DNA of 64,000 nt. It comes from Parcubacteria bacterium C7867-004. Lineage in GTDB: Bacteria > Patescibacteriota > Minisyncoccia > Phycocordibacterales > Phycocordibacteraceae. Position numbers and translations under genes: made by a program. Below the pieces are notes generated by a model, which did not search any database, was not told the DNA's origin, and saw only the letters and a program-made list of their open reading frames with translations. This document shows positions 27,024 through 36,495 of this stretch, piece after piece (within the stretch, counting starts at the first letter, position 1; each line of letters opens with the position of its first letter). The stretch covers positions 588,866 to 652,865 of the forward strand of contig LFCN01000006.1 in NCBI GenBank assembly GCA_001189075.1, written 5' to 3'.

Positions 27024-27954
27024 TTAGGTTTACGAATACTTCCTCCAGTCGGCTACCACTGTTGCGCACATTCGCGATCTGGATGCCGGTTGCGGCGATC
27101 TTCCTGATCGCATCGTTCACGGTCTCTCCGGGCTTGAGCGTGAGTTTGAGAGTCGTCTCGTCGATTCGCTCAAGCTTAAGCTCGCGAAGCAGATGCATGG
27201 TCGCGTCCTTAACGGGTTCGGTGGTATCGAGCAGCAGGGTGACGAAGTTCAGCTTCGTGAGCAGCTCCTTTACGCTTCCCTCCTCGATAATCTGACCCTT
27301 ATTAATGATGGCGACACGGCTCGCGAGCATCTCCGCTTCCTCGAGGTAATGCGTGGTGAGCACGATAGTTGTGCCGCTCTCGTTAAGTTCCCGGAGGAAA
27401 TCCCACATCCCGCGACGGAGCTCGACGTCGACGCCGGCAGTCGGCTCGTCCAGAAGGAGGATCGCCGGCTCATGCACGAGCGCACGAGCGATCATGAGGC
27501 GGCGCTTCATCCCACCGGAGAGCGCCTGCGCAGTCGAGTCCTTCTTCTCCCAGAGGCCGAGGTCCTTGAGAACCTTCTCCGCACGCGGAAGCGCCTCAGC
27601 TCGCGGAATACCGTAATAGCCGGCCTGATTGAGGACGATGTTGATCACCTTCTCGAAGATATCGAAATTGAATTCCTGCGGCACGAGTCCGATAAAGGAT
27701 TTAGCCTTTTCTGGATACGTATCTATCGAGAGGCCGTTCACCTCAGCGAGTCCTTCGGTCTTAGTGACAAGTCCCGAGAGGATACCGATGATAGTCGACT
27801 TTCCCGCGCCATTTGGACCGAGCAGAGCGAAGAATTCACCGGAACGGATAGTAAGCGAAACACCCTTGAGTGCTTCGGTTCCCGCCTTCTTCCCGTCCTT
27901 TGCATACACCTTTCGGAGATTCTCAACCTTAAGCGCCGCGTCCGTTTTCTCCAT
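27007..27954 (-). CDS. ABC transporter ATP-binding protein
   Basis: Walker A GPNGAGKST, signature LSGGMKRRL, Walker B LLLDEPTAGVD. Confidence 0.9.
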   Translation of the reverse strand: MEKTDAALKVENLRKVYAKDGKKAGTEALKGVSLTIRSGEFFALLGPNGAGKSTIIGILSGLVTKTEGLAEVNGLSIDTYPEKAKSFIGLVPQEFNFDIFEKVINIVLNQAGYYGIPRAEALPRAEKVLKDLGLWEKKDSTAQALSGGMKRRLMIARALVHEPAILLLDEPTAGVDVELRRGMWDFLRELNESGTTIVLTTHYLEEAEMLASRVAIINKGQIIEEGSVKELLTKLNFVTLLLDTTEPVKDATMHLLRELKLERIDETTLKLTLKPGETVNDAIRKIAATGIQIANVRNSGSRLEEVFVNLIEKDT

Positions 27955-28188
27955 AATAATCGCAGTATATCACTGATGGCTTTTCGCGTGAAAATGAGGA
28001 TAACGAGAGAGCCCCGCATGGCTGCAGGGCTCTCTCAAATGGGAGTATTCCTCGGTTGAGGCAGGCTTTTTTACGGCTTAGTGATCGATCTTGCGAGCGA
28101 CACGTTGTAAAAAGTAAGCCGTAAAAAAGCGTGTCTAACCTGGTGGAGGCTGTACTCTTATAAGGAACAATACACGACGCAACCCTGT

Positions 28189-28647
28189 TTGTCAATGGCG
28201 CTGGGGATAGCGTATGACGAGCTATCATCTAAGGTAATGCGCCTTACGCCAGCACTCCGCCGCTTTCTTCGCTACGCGGTAGTCGGGGTTTCGACGCTGG
28301 CGTTCGATCTGGTACTCCTCTATCTGATAACGGAGTATGCCGGGGTTCCCTATTACATAGCCACCCCGCTCGCCTTCCTGGTAGCCGTCTCGATCAATTA
28401 CCTGATTTCGAGGCGACATGTCTTTCATGGCACCGAGCGTACGGTCCACCACGGATACGCGTACTTCATCAGCATCGCGCTCGCCGGCGCATTCGTGACG
28501 ACCATGGGTGTTGCGTTCTTCGTGCAAGCGCTAGGCTTCTATTATCTGTTCGCCCGCGTGCTTATCGCAGGCCTGGTCGGCATCGCCAATTACCTCCTCA
28601 ATCTCCATTTCAACTTCAGAGTTGTTGGTCACCATCCCGGAACATGA
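28189..28647 (+). CDS. GtrA-family membrane protein
   Basis: RFLRYAVVGVSTLAFDLVLLYLIT....INYLISRRHVF; 4 TM helices; GtrA-like. Confidence 0.65.
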   Translation: MSMALGIAYDELSSKVMRLTPALRRFLRYAVVGVSTLAFDLVLLYLITEYAGVPYYIATPLAFLVAVSINYLISRRHVFHGTERTVHHGYAYFISIALAGAFVTTMGVAFFVQALGFYYLFARVLIAGLVGIANYLLNLHFNFRVVGHHPGT

Positions 28648-28664
28648 AATGCTAGAATGTTCGG

Positions 28665-29666
28665 ATGAAATTCTTCTTGCTTCCGACCGTCGTTTCCGTA
28701 CTCATCCTCGCCGCAATCCTCTACACGCTCGGATGGGCCGCATTCGTGACAGCAGCATTGCTCGTGGTGCTTGAAGTCACGCTCTCCTTTGATAACGCGG
28801 TCGTGAACGCGCGGGTGCTCACGAACATGACTCACGTTTGGCGTAACCGATTCCTCACTTGGGGCATGCTCATCGCGGTCGTAGGCACCCGTCTCATCCT
28901 CCCGATACTCATCGTCTCGGCGAGCGTGCTCCTCTCCCCGCTCGCGGTTGCGAAACTCGCCGCATTCGCTCCAGAAGAATATGCGCACCTGCTCGAGGGC
29001 GCCCGCTATGGCATCTATGCGTTCGGCGGCGCGTTTCTCCTCATGGTCTCGCTCAAGTACTTCCTTGATGACAACAAGGACATCCACTGGATAAAGGTTA
29101 TCGAGCGGCACATCTCGCGCTGGGGCCGCATCGAAGCGATTGAGATTGCTATAGCGCTCGCCTTCCTCAGCGGCATCTCGTTCCTCGTGCCGGATATCGC
29201 GCAGGCAACCGTGCTCGTTGCCGGTATCATCGGTATCGTTCTCTTCATACTTATGCAGGGACTTGCAAGCTCCTTCTCGATAGAGACTGACAATGCGACT
29301 GCAGTTGCAGCGCAGTCGGGGCTCGCGCTCTTCATCTACCTCAACGTCCTTGATTCCGCGTTCTCGCTCGATAGCGTGGTCGGTGCCTTCGCGTTGACCA
29401 CGTCGATCCCGATCATCGTTGCAGGTCTCGGCATCGGCGCCTGGTTCGTCCGGTCTCTCACAATCTACCTCGTCGAGAAGAAGACTCTTGATTCGCTCAC
29501 CTATCTCGAGCACGGCGCGCACTGGGCAATCTTCGGTCTCGCCATTTCCATGTTTGCGGATCTTCTATTCCATGTGCCTGAAGTGATAACCGGCCTCATC
29601 GGGCTCGCGTTCGTGCTTGCCGCGTACGCATCGTCGATACTGTCCCGGAAAAAAATTGCGGCGTAA
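28665..29666 (+). CDS. TerC/DUF475-family integral membrane protein
   Basis: EVTLSFDNAVVNA is the TerC/DUF475 ExxLSxDN motif; 8+ TM helices. Confidence 0.55.
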   Translation: MKFFLLPTVVSVLILAAILYTLGWAAFVTAALLVVLEVTLSFDNAVVNARVLTNMTHVWRNRFLTWGMLIAVVGTRLILPILIVSASVLLSPLAVAKLAAFAPEEYAHLLEGARYGIYAFGGAFLLMVSLKYFLDDNKDIHWIKVIERHISRWGRIEAIEIAIALAFLSGISFLVPDIAQATVLVAGIIGIVLFILMQGLASSFSIETDNATAVAAQSGLALFIYLNVLDSAFSLDSVVGAFALTTSIPIIVAGLGIGAWFVRSLTIYLVEKKTLDSLTYLEHGAHWAIFGLAISMFADLLFHVPEVITGLIGLAFVLAAYASSILSRKKIAA

Positions 29667-29708
29667 GAAACCTCAGACCAGAATCGGTTGTTGTCTTAGA
29701 CGAATACC

Positions 29709-30458
29709 ATGACCCCACGAGCCGTCTTGTTTGACCTCGATGAAACGCTTGCCGAAAGCAAGCAGCCTATAACTGACTCGATGGCGAATCTTCTCGTTCG
29801 CTTGCTCGACGCGACGAATGTCGCGGTTACCTCGGGCCAGAAATACGAGCTCGTGCATGCGCATACCGCAGGCCGGTTGCCCAGTCACGCCAATCTCGAA
29901 CGACTGCATCTTCTCCCTAACTGCGGTGCGGGATTGTTCCTGTATACGGACGGTAGTTGGTCTGCAGGATACAAGAATGACTTTAGTGAGGAGGAATTCG
30001 ATTCGATCAAAGCCATAATAGAAGCGGCGATGGATGAGACCGGCATTATCGACCGACATTCTCCATCATATGGCGACCGCATCGAGCATCGCGGGCCGTC
30101 AGTAGCACTTTCTGCACTCGGACAGACTGCTCCACTTGAAGAGAAGCTCGCATGGGATCCTTCGCACGAGAAACGTTCCCTTCTTCGTGAGGCAATTGCC
30201 GCGAAGCTTGAAGGCTTCGACGTACGAACGGGAGGCTCGACCTCTTTCGACGTTACTCGACCCGGTATCGATAAAGCATATGGCGTTCGAAAACTTTCCG
30301 AGCATCTTTCGATACCAATCTCTGACATGCTCTACATAGGCGACGCGCTCTTCCCGGGTGGCAACGACGAGGTCGTAAAGACGACCGGTATCGAGACGAG
30401 GGCGACGAGCGGACCCTTCGAGACCGCCCGCATCATCGAAGAACTCCTCGAGCGATAA
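29709..30458 (+). CDS. HAD-superfamily eukaryote-type phosphomannomutase (PMM family)
   Basis: N-terminal LFDLDETL. GGSTSFDVTRPGIDKAY and YIGDALFPGGNDE parallel PMM's GGxISFDVFPxGWDK and GDxxxxGGNDxE. Confidence 0.65.
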   Translation: MTPRAVLFDLDETLAESKQPITDSMANLLVRLLDATNVAVTSGQKYELVHAHTAGRLPSHANLERLHLLPNCGAGLFLYTDGSWSAGYKNDFSEEEFDSIKAIIEAAMDETGIIDRHSPSYGDRIEHRGPSVALSALGQTAPLEEKLAWDPSHEKRSLLREAIAAKLEGFDVRTGGSTSFDVTRPGIDKAYGVRKLSEHLSIPISDMLYIGDALFPGGNDEVVKTTGIETRATSGPFETARIIEELLER

Positions 30459-30482
30459 CCGCGGCGCGGTATACTGCTTGGA

Positions 30483-32141
30483 ATGAGTGACACCCAGCTG
30501 TTCGATCGCATCAAGGCGACCGTGAAGGGCGAGGTCGTGAACGATGACGCCTCCCGTAAATTGTTCTCGCGCGACACGAGCGTGTTCTCGCGCACGCCTT
30601 CTATCGTGGTCTATCCGAAAGACGCAGACGACGTTGCTTCATTAGTTCGCACTATGAATGGCGCGCGCAAAGAAGGCATTCCGGGATCCGTAACCGCGCG
30701 CTCGGCGGGAACTGACATGTCCGGCGGTCCGCTCACCGACTCGGTGGTAGCCGTGTTCACGAAATATATGAACACGGTCGAAGAAGTCGGCGACGGATAC
30801 GCGGTAACCGAGCCAGGGGCGTTCTATCGCGACTTCGAGAAAGCAACGCTCGCTCGTGGCCGCCAGCTCATGCCCTCCTACCCCGCGTCCCGCGAAATAG
30901 CCGCGATGGGAGGCATCGTGAATAACGATTCGGGCGGTGAACGCACACTGGAGTACGGCAAAACCCGCGATTATATCGAAGAAATCGATGTCGTGCTTTC
31001 CGATGGGACGAAGACCACATTCAAGGAGCTTTCTCCCGAAGAAGTAGCGCGCAAGACGCAGCTCGAGACGCTCGAAGGACGCATCTATCGTGACATGAAG
31101 AAGCTGCTCGAGGATAACAAGCAGATGATCACAGACGCGAAGCCGAAGGTCTCCAAGAACTCGGCCGGATATGCGCTCTGGGACGTTATAGATGAGAAGA
31201 CCGGGAAGATGAATCTTGCGAAGCTTATCTGCGGCGCGCAGGGCACCCTCGCACTTACGACGAAGTTCAAACTCCGCCTCGTGCGCGAGCAGGGATACCG
31301 CGCGATGCTCATCGTCTTCCTGTCGGATATCAATGTCCTCCCGGAGATCGTACGGAAAGTGCTTCCCTACAACCCCGAGTCATTCGAGTCGTACGACGAC
31401 AACACCTTCAAGCTCGCCATAAAGTTCCTGCCGCAGATGCTTTCCCAGATGGGACTCGCTCGCGCAACCCGCCTCGGCTTCTCGTTCCTTCCGGAACTCG
31501 GGCTTGCTATCCGAGGTGGCGTACCGAAGTTAGTTCTCATGGCGGAGTTCTCCGAGGACACGCATCAGGAGGCGCTCTTCAAGGCGGGACAAGCGAGGGC
31601 AGCGCTCGCGCCTCTGGGGCTCCCGATGCGCATCGCACGAGATGAACGCGCCGCCGAGAAATACTGGATCGTGCGCCGCGAGAGCTTCGCGCTTCTCCGG
31701 AAGAACTCGCATGGCCTCTATGCCGCTCCCTTTATCGACGACTTCGTGGTTCCTACGGATACCTATCCGAAGTTCCTTCCCGAACTGAACGCGCTTCTTG
31801 CCGAGTACAAGCTCCTCTACACCATCGCGGGACATATCGGGAACGGGAATTTCCATATCATCCCGCTCATGGACCTCAACGACCCTAAGGTACGCGGCGT
31901 CATTCTCGAGCTCGCACCGCGTGTATACGACCTCGTCATCAAATATGGTGGCACCACTACCGGCGAGCACAACGACGGCATCATCCGTACGCCGTACCTA
32001 GGCCAGCTCTTCGGGGACAAGATGGTAGCGCTCTTCGCGGAGACCAAGCGCATCTTCGACCCGCTCAATATCTTCAACCCCGGGAAAAAAGTGGGCGGCA
32101 CCTTCGCCGACATTGAGCGCGACATGCTCAAGAGCATCTGA
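30483..32141 (+). CDS. FAD-linked oxidase (GlcD/D-lactate-dehydrogenase-like, FAD_binding_4 + FAD-oxidase C-terminal)
   Basis: 552 aa. SAGTDMSGGPL is the FAD-binding PCMH-type pattern. Overall GlcD-like. Confidence 0.7.
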   Translation: MSDTQLFDRIKATVKGEVVNDDASRKLFSRDTSVFSRTPSIVVYPKDADDVASLVRTMNGARKEGIPGSVTARSAGTDMSGGPLTDSVVAVFTKYMNTVEEVGDGYAVTEPGAFYRDFEKATLARGRQLMPSYPASREIAAMGGIVNNDSGGERTLEYGKTRDYIEEIDVVLSDGTKTTFKELSPEEVARKTQLETLEGRIYRDMKKLLEDNKQMITDAKPKVSKNSAGYALWDVIDEKTGKMNLAKLICGAQGTLALTTKFKLRLVREQGYRAMLIVFLSDINVLPEIVRKVLPYNPESFESYDDNTFKLAIKFLPQMLSQMGLARATRLGFSFLPELGLAIRGGVPKLVLMAEFSEDTHQEALFKAGQARAALAPLGLPMRIARDERAAEKYWIVRRESFALLRKNSHGLYAAPFIDDFVVPTDTYPKFLPELNALLAEYKLLYTIAGHIGNGNFHIIPLMDLNDPKVRGVILELAPRVYDLVIKYGGTTTGEHNDGIIRTPYLGQLFGDKMVALFAETKRIFDPLNIFNPGKKVGGTFADIERDMLKSI

Positions 32142-32199
32142 TTGACAGCTCGCGGACTTCGGCGCAGTGTGTCGGCAGGTGTTCATAGGAGAGCCAGTC

Positions 32200-32847
32200 A
32201 TGGCACCAAGATTACTCGTCTTCGCCGACGGAACCGAGACCGGAGGCGGCTCGGGCTTCGCCAATCTAGTCAGGCGCGCAAGATCTGGCAGCCTCGATGC
32301 CACTATCGTGGGGGTCGTTTCAAGCCATGAGAACGGTGGGGTCAGGGGCTACGCCGACGAATTCAACATTCCTTTCCGGCACATGCCGAAATGGGATCGA
32401 ACCGAGGACGGCTATCGCTTCCTTGTGCGCTTCTTCAGCTCCGACTTCGTGGCGCTATCCGGATACACGAAACTTGCCCGCGGTCTCGACCCCCGCACAA
32501 CGTTCAACATCCACCCAGGCCCTCTCCCGCAGTTCGGCGGCAAGGGCATGCACGGCGATCATGTGCACGAGGCAGTGCTCGCCGCCTACCAGCGCGGCGA
32601 GCTCACGCACACCGAGGTGTGCATGCACTTCGTGACGGAGAAGTACGACGAAGGGCCGGTGTTCCTTAGGGTGCGGATCCCTATTCACGAGGACGACACC
32701 GTCGAAACGCTTCGTACTCGAGTTAACAGAGCCGAACACGAGTGGCAACCAAAGTTCACGCGATTCGTCATGTTGGGTTTGATTGCCTGGGATGGCATAA
32801 ACCCCAATACGCTCGTGGGTTCGCTCGAATTCAAGCTGGCGACGTAG
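32200..32847 (+). CDS. Phosphoribosylglycinamide formyltransferase-like (PurN / formyl_trans_N)
   Basis: NIHPGPLPQFGG, HFVTEKYDEGPV and DTVETL..RV..AEHE match the PurN catalytic motifs. Confidence 0.65.
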   Translation: MAPRLLVFADGTETGGGSGFANLVRRARSGSLDATIVGVVSSHENGGVRGYADEFNIPFRHMPKWDRTEDGYRFLVRFFSSDFVALSGYTKLARGLDPRTTFNIHPGPLPQFGGKGMHGDHVHEAVLAAYQRGELTHTEVCMHFVTEKYDEGPVFLRVRIPIHEDDTVETLRTRVNRAEHEWQPKFTRFVMLGLIAWDGINPNTLVGSLEFKLAT

Positions 32848-32897
32848 GAAGCTCCACAGCTTCCTTTTTCTTTTATAGGTCGTGATACAGTATCGCC

Positions 32898-33593
32898 ATG
32901 AACGAAGATTGCTCGGCGCACGAAGCACTGGTAAAGGAATTGAATGACCCGACTATGCGCGCCGACTACGCGCGGCCGTATGACGGCTACAAAGTCGGGC
33001 CGATTGCTGCCGTGCTCGGTTGGCTGCTCGTGACCTCCGGCACGATTGTGTACGGAAAGAAGCCCTCGTATGGGAAATTCAAAGCGGTAGAGGTTATTGC
33101 CCGTATCCCCTATCAGTCCTGGGAAGTCGCAACCTATACGCTCCTTACTGGCTTCTATGGAAATGAGAAGCGCGCCATCGAGCTCACGAAGACGAGCGCC
33201 TTCTCCCGCCAGGCTCAAGACAACGAGACCATGCACGTCGTGGTGATAACCCAGATATGCAAGCGCTTGCGCTGCGTCGGATGGTTCCGGCACATGTTCA
33301 TACCGCTTGTCTTCGCGTTCTTCTATTTTTGGACTATCTATCTCCTCTACATGGTCTCGCGCAAGTCAGCACTCGAGCTGAACTATCTCTTCGAGACTCA
33401 TGCATACCATCAGTACAGTGAGTTCCTCGCACTGTACGGAGAACAATTGCGCGATACCCCGGTCATGTCCGATTTCCTCGTGCTGTACGGCCGCAATGTG
33501 CGCAGCGAATACGAACTCTTCGAATCGATACGCAACGACGAGCTCATCCACCGCAATCGCAGTATCAAAGAGATCGAGCTTCGGAGGAAATAA
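32898..33593 (+). CDS. Alternative-oxidase-like di-iron carboxylate membrane protein
   Basis: Four AOX iron-binding motifs in order: VEVIARIPYQSW (LETVAxVPGMV), NETMHV (NERMHL), ETHAYHQYSEFL (EEAIHSYTEFL), RNDELIHRN (RADEAHHRD). The 3' 228 nt overlap the antisense ORF 33366-34298. Confidence 0.6.
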   Translation: MNEDCSAHEALVKELNDPTMRADYARPYDGYKVGPIAAVLGWLLVTSGTIVYGKKPSYGKFKAVEVIARIPYQSWEVATYTLLTGFYGNEKRAIELTKTSAFSRQAQDNETMHVVVITQICKRLRCVGWFRHMFIPLVFAFFYFWTIYLLYMVSRKSALELNYLFETHAYHQYSEFLALYGEQLRDTPVMSDFLVLYGRNVRSEYELFESIRNDELIHRNRSIKEIELRRK

Positions 33594-34298
33594 GAAAAGG
33601 CCGCCCGCGTGTGCGAACGACCCTTGGTCATTGCTTGGGAGCCCACCCGATGAGCACGTAGTACTTCTCATTGAGCTCACGTCCGGTCGGACATACAGCC
33701 TTCGGTGACCCTCGTAGGCGACAATCGGGATCTCATCCGAGTTGCCCGTATGATCCGGATCGTACCGTTCGCCGAGGCACGCGAAGCTAATGTCGCTACG
33801 GCCTTCGATGATCTTCGTCACCGGACCGATGAGCCACGGCATGCTGGCCATATCGAGGAAGAACTCGCCCTCGTCGAGCGTGTCGTACCCGTCCGCGCCG
33901 TACTGCACGGCGCGGAATGGAAAGACCAGTAGTTCTGCCGAAGAGGCCTTTTCCAGCTCATCGAGCTTCTGGACCGTTCGCGGCACCCGGACATAGCGCT
34001 CGACGCGAGAACCGGCGAAAGAACCGGCTTGAACGCCGGGAAGCTTCATCACCAGTTTCAGGTCCGAAAATTTGTCCCAGAGCTGGATTGCTACGAGCGC
34101 GTTGAAGTACGTGAATCGAGTCGGTTTCGGAATCACGACCATGCCGGCATAGCCGGCGGACACGTAATTCCGCAACAGCGAAGCGTCCACGGAAGGCGGA
34201 TGCGAGCTTTGCAGGCTCGGGAGCCCGCGCTTATACCACCGGAACTGAACGTCGACCGCAAGCGCTGGAATCGGCGAAACCGACCCGTTTCTCGTCAT
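33366..34298 (-). CDS. Hypothetical protein (310 aa) whose 3' end overlaps the AOX-like gene antisense
   Basis: Long ORF with protein-like composition and no + strand gene to shadow across 33594-34298. No motif recognised. The overlap is unusual. Confidence 0.45.
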   Translation of the reverse strand: MTRNGSVSPIPALAVDVQFRWYKRGLPSLQSSHPPSVDASLLRNYVSAGYAGMVVIPKPTRFTYFNALVAIQLWDKFSDLKLVMKLPGVQAGSFAGSRVERYVRVPRTVQKLDELEKASSAELLVFPFRAVQYGADGYDTLDEGEFFLDMASMPWLIGPVTKIIEGRSDISFACLGERYDPDHTGNSDEIPIVAYEGHRRLYVRPDVSSMRSTTCSSGGLPSNDQGSFAHAGGLFLFPPKLDLFDTAIAVDELVVAYRFEEFVFAAHIAAVQHEEIGHDRGIAQLFSVQCEELTVLMVCMSLEEIVQLEC

Positions 34299-34407
34299 GT
34301 GCGTAACCCTTCACGTAATCGCATCCTGATGATGCTCTGTTATTATAACACATATTGTTATACAGCCAAACGCGATTCATCTTATCCCCATACAAGGCGT
34401 TCTGACT

Positions 34408-34436
34408 TGCGATTAGGCCGTCTCTGTAGCATAATG
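34408..34436 (+). promoter_or_regulatory. sigma70-type promoter TTGCGA-17-CATAAT upstream of the RRM gene
   Basis: -35 at 34408-34413, -10 at 34431-34436; ~70-nt leader before the ATG at 34509. Confidence 0.45.
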
Positions 34437-34508
34437 CCCATAACTCGCAGAACTCCAAATTGCCCCAAGCGTTCGGCATCGGCGAGGTTATCACGTATCA
34501 CAAGCCAC

Positions 34509-34898
34509 ATGGCAACATGCAAACTATATGTCGGCGGTATCCCCTACCGCACGACCGAGGATGAACTCCGCACCGCTTTCGAGGAAGCCGGTTCGGTAAC
34601 ATCCGCAAGCATTATCAGCGATCGCATGACCGGCCGCTCACGCGGATTCGGTTTCGTCGAGATGGCATCCGAGGCTGAAGGCCAGGCTGCTATCGACCGT
34701 TGGGATGGCAAGGAGATGGACGGGCGTATGCTCTCCGTTTCCATGGCTCGCCCTCAGGGCGACCGTCCTCCTCGCGAAGGCGGTGATCGCGGTGGCTTCG
34801 GCGGCGGTAATCGCGGCGGAGGTTTCGGCGGCGGCAACGGCGGTAATCGCGGCGGCTTCGGCGGCGGCGACCGCGGAGGCTACCAGGGCGGATACTAA
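34509..34898 (+). CDS. RRM-domain RNA-binding protein with Gly/Arg-rich (RGG) C-terminal tail
   Basis: RNP2 KLYVGGI. RNP1 RGFGFVEM. Tail GGDRGGFGGGNRGGGFGGGNGGNRGGFGGGDRGGYQGGY. The track ORF from 34029 is an upstream extension. Confidence 0.85.
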   Translation: MATCKLYVGGIPYRTTEDELRTAFEEAGSVTSASIISDRMTGRSRGFGFVEMASEAEGQAAIDRWDGKEMDGRMLSVSMARPQGDRPPREGGDRGGFGGGNRGGGFGGGNGGNRGGFGGGDRGGYQGGY

Positions 34899-34910
34899 TC
34901 CGACCAGGAA

Positions 34911-34946
34911 AGAAGAACGGCCCCTCTCTGAGGGGCCGTTCTTCTT
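34911..34946. terminator. Bidirectional Rho-independent terminator (agaagaacggcccctc-tctg-gaggggccgttcttct)
   Basis: Perfect 16-bp stem between convergent genes. Confidence 0.7.
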
Positions 34947-35402
34947 TTATTCAGTGAGGGGGTCTTCCTTCTTCGCCACCTTCACCTCATGCTTCTCCCC
35001 TTCCGCGTACCAGCCGACGAGGTTCGCGAATATCTGGAGGAATGAGCCTACGGCGGCCAATGCGAGGATGAGGATAACGGGCCACGAGAACGGGGTCGCG
35101 TAATACGCGAATACGACGATCGCGGAAGCCCAGAGTCCGCTGCACCACGGACACTCGATGAGCGACTTCAGGGTCGAACCGATAGTGCCCTCGCCTGAAG
35201 CCGCGAACGAATCGCGCAGAATATCAGTGACGTGATCGTAAGTTACGAGACGGATGAGTCTCCAGATAGCGAGCGACATCAGCACGAGATCGAGTACAGG
35301 AGCGTCGTGCTCGAACCGTCCGGTAGCATACAGCCACCAGAGACCGAGACCTATGAGTACGGAGAACGTGACCGAGAAGATGATGTCCCATAGGTATTTC
35401 AT
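34947..35402 (-). CDS. DUF1360-family membrane protein
   Basis: Conserved ECPWCSGLW motif; 4 TM helices. Confidence 0.55.
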   Translation of the reverse strand: MKYLWDIIFSVTFSVLIGLGLWWLYATGRFEHDAPVLDLVLMSLAIWRLIRLVTYDHVTDILRDSFAASGEGTIGSTLKSLIECPWCSGLWASAIVVFAYYATPFSWPVILILALAAVGSFLQIFANLVGWYAEGEKHEVKVAKKEDPLTE

Positions 35403-35476
35403 GTTGATGTGGGTAATGGGAAGAGCATATCAGGTCCGCATTACGATTTGATGAAGAACGCTCCTACCTATACTGT

Positions 35477-36238
35477 GTGCCTATGTACGAAATATCCGAT
35501 AACGAGCGGGCGCTGCTTATCCGCGACAAGTACGCCGGCGACCCGGACGCTGACCTTTCCGCTGATATCGAGCGCCTTAGCCGGGGCGAGCCGCTTGCCT
35601 ATGTGATCGGCTGGATCCCCTTCATTGGATTGAACGTCCGCCTCGACTCCCGTCCGCTCATCCCCCGCCCCGAGACCGAATGGTGGACGGAGGCCCTCAT
35701 CGCACATCTGAAAGAAACGTTCGAGGATGCACCGTTCCGCCTGCTCGATCTCTGTGCCGGTTCAGGCGCCATCGGCCTTGCGGTGCTTTCGCACCTTCCG
35801 AACGCAAGCGTCGCATTCGGCGAGCTCGAACCCGCGCACGCGGACCTCATCCTCACGAACCTCGCGGAGAACAACATCGACGCCTCGCGCGCCGATATTC
35901 GTTCGGGAGACCTCTTCATACCTTTTGAGGATGAGGAATTTGATATCATCGCGACGAACCCGCCCTACGTCCCCCAGACCCGGGAGCTCGAAGCCGGCGT
36001 CACCGACTACGAGCCGGGCGCGGCGCTCTTTGCAGGTGCCGACGGTCTCGACATAATTAGGCGCATAGCTGAGGAAGCTCCGGGACACCTATCGGCTGCC
36101 GGAGAGCTCTGGATCGAATGCGACATCGCGAACGCCGAGAAAGCGAAGGAGCTGCTTGAGATGAACGCGGCGCTCTGGAGCGAGATACGCAACGACCCGT
36201 ATGGGCGGCCCCGTCTCGTCGTGGGATACTATTCCTGA
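35477..36238 (+). CDS. prmC: HemK/PrmC-family protein-(glutamine-N5) methyltransferase
   Basis: SAM motif LDLCAGSGAIG and catalytic NPPY (IIATNPPYVP). Start GTG at 35477 or ATG at 35483. Confidence 0.7.
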   Translation: MPMYEISDNERALLIRDKYAGDPDADLSADIERLSRGEPLAYVIGWIPFIGLNVRLDSRPLIPRPETEWWTEALIAHLKETFEDAPFRLLDLCAGSGAIGLAVLSHLPNASVAFGELEPAHADLILTNLAENNIDASRADIRSGDLFIPFEDEEFDIIATNPPYVPQTRELEAGVTDYEPGAALFAGADGLDIIRRIAEEAPGHLSAAGELWIECDIANAEKAKELLEMNAALWSEIRNDPYGRPRLVVGYYS

Positions 36239-36492
36239 TGCAGGAAGAACAAGCGGCCCTCGTCGCGCCTTTCCCCTCTCCGACGGTGCTTTTTACGGGC
36301 CTTGATCCCGTACAGGTGATCTCCGTGCTCTTTACAGTGTTGTTCATCATCTGGGCGATCTATACGATCGTTACCGCGTACCACTGGCTCCGCTACGGGC
36401 ATCGCTCAGCGGTAGCAATTCCAGCACTCATCACGCACGTGGCGGTCTCGGGCTTCCTCGCGCTGTTCGCGGTAAGCGGCATCCGTCCGTAA
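36238..36492 (+). CDS. Hypothetical small membrane protein (84 aa)
   Basis: Two TM helices; shares ATGA start/stop overlap with the upstream gene. Confidence 0.4.
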   Translation: MQEEQAALVAPFPSPTVLFTGLDPVQVISVLFTVLFIIWAIYTIVTAYHWLRYGHRSAVAIPALITHVAVSGFLALFAVSGIRP

Positions 36493-36495
36493 CGT

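Noticed and set aside
34029-34508. Upstream 160-codon extension of the RRM gene ORF
   Set aside because: The extension translates to Arg/Pro-rich junk and contains a consensus promoter. The ATG at 34509 gives a canonical RRM N-terminus.
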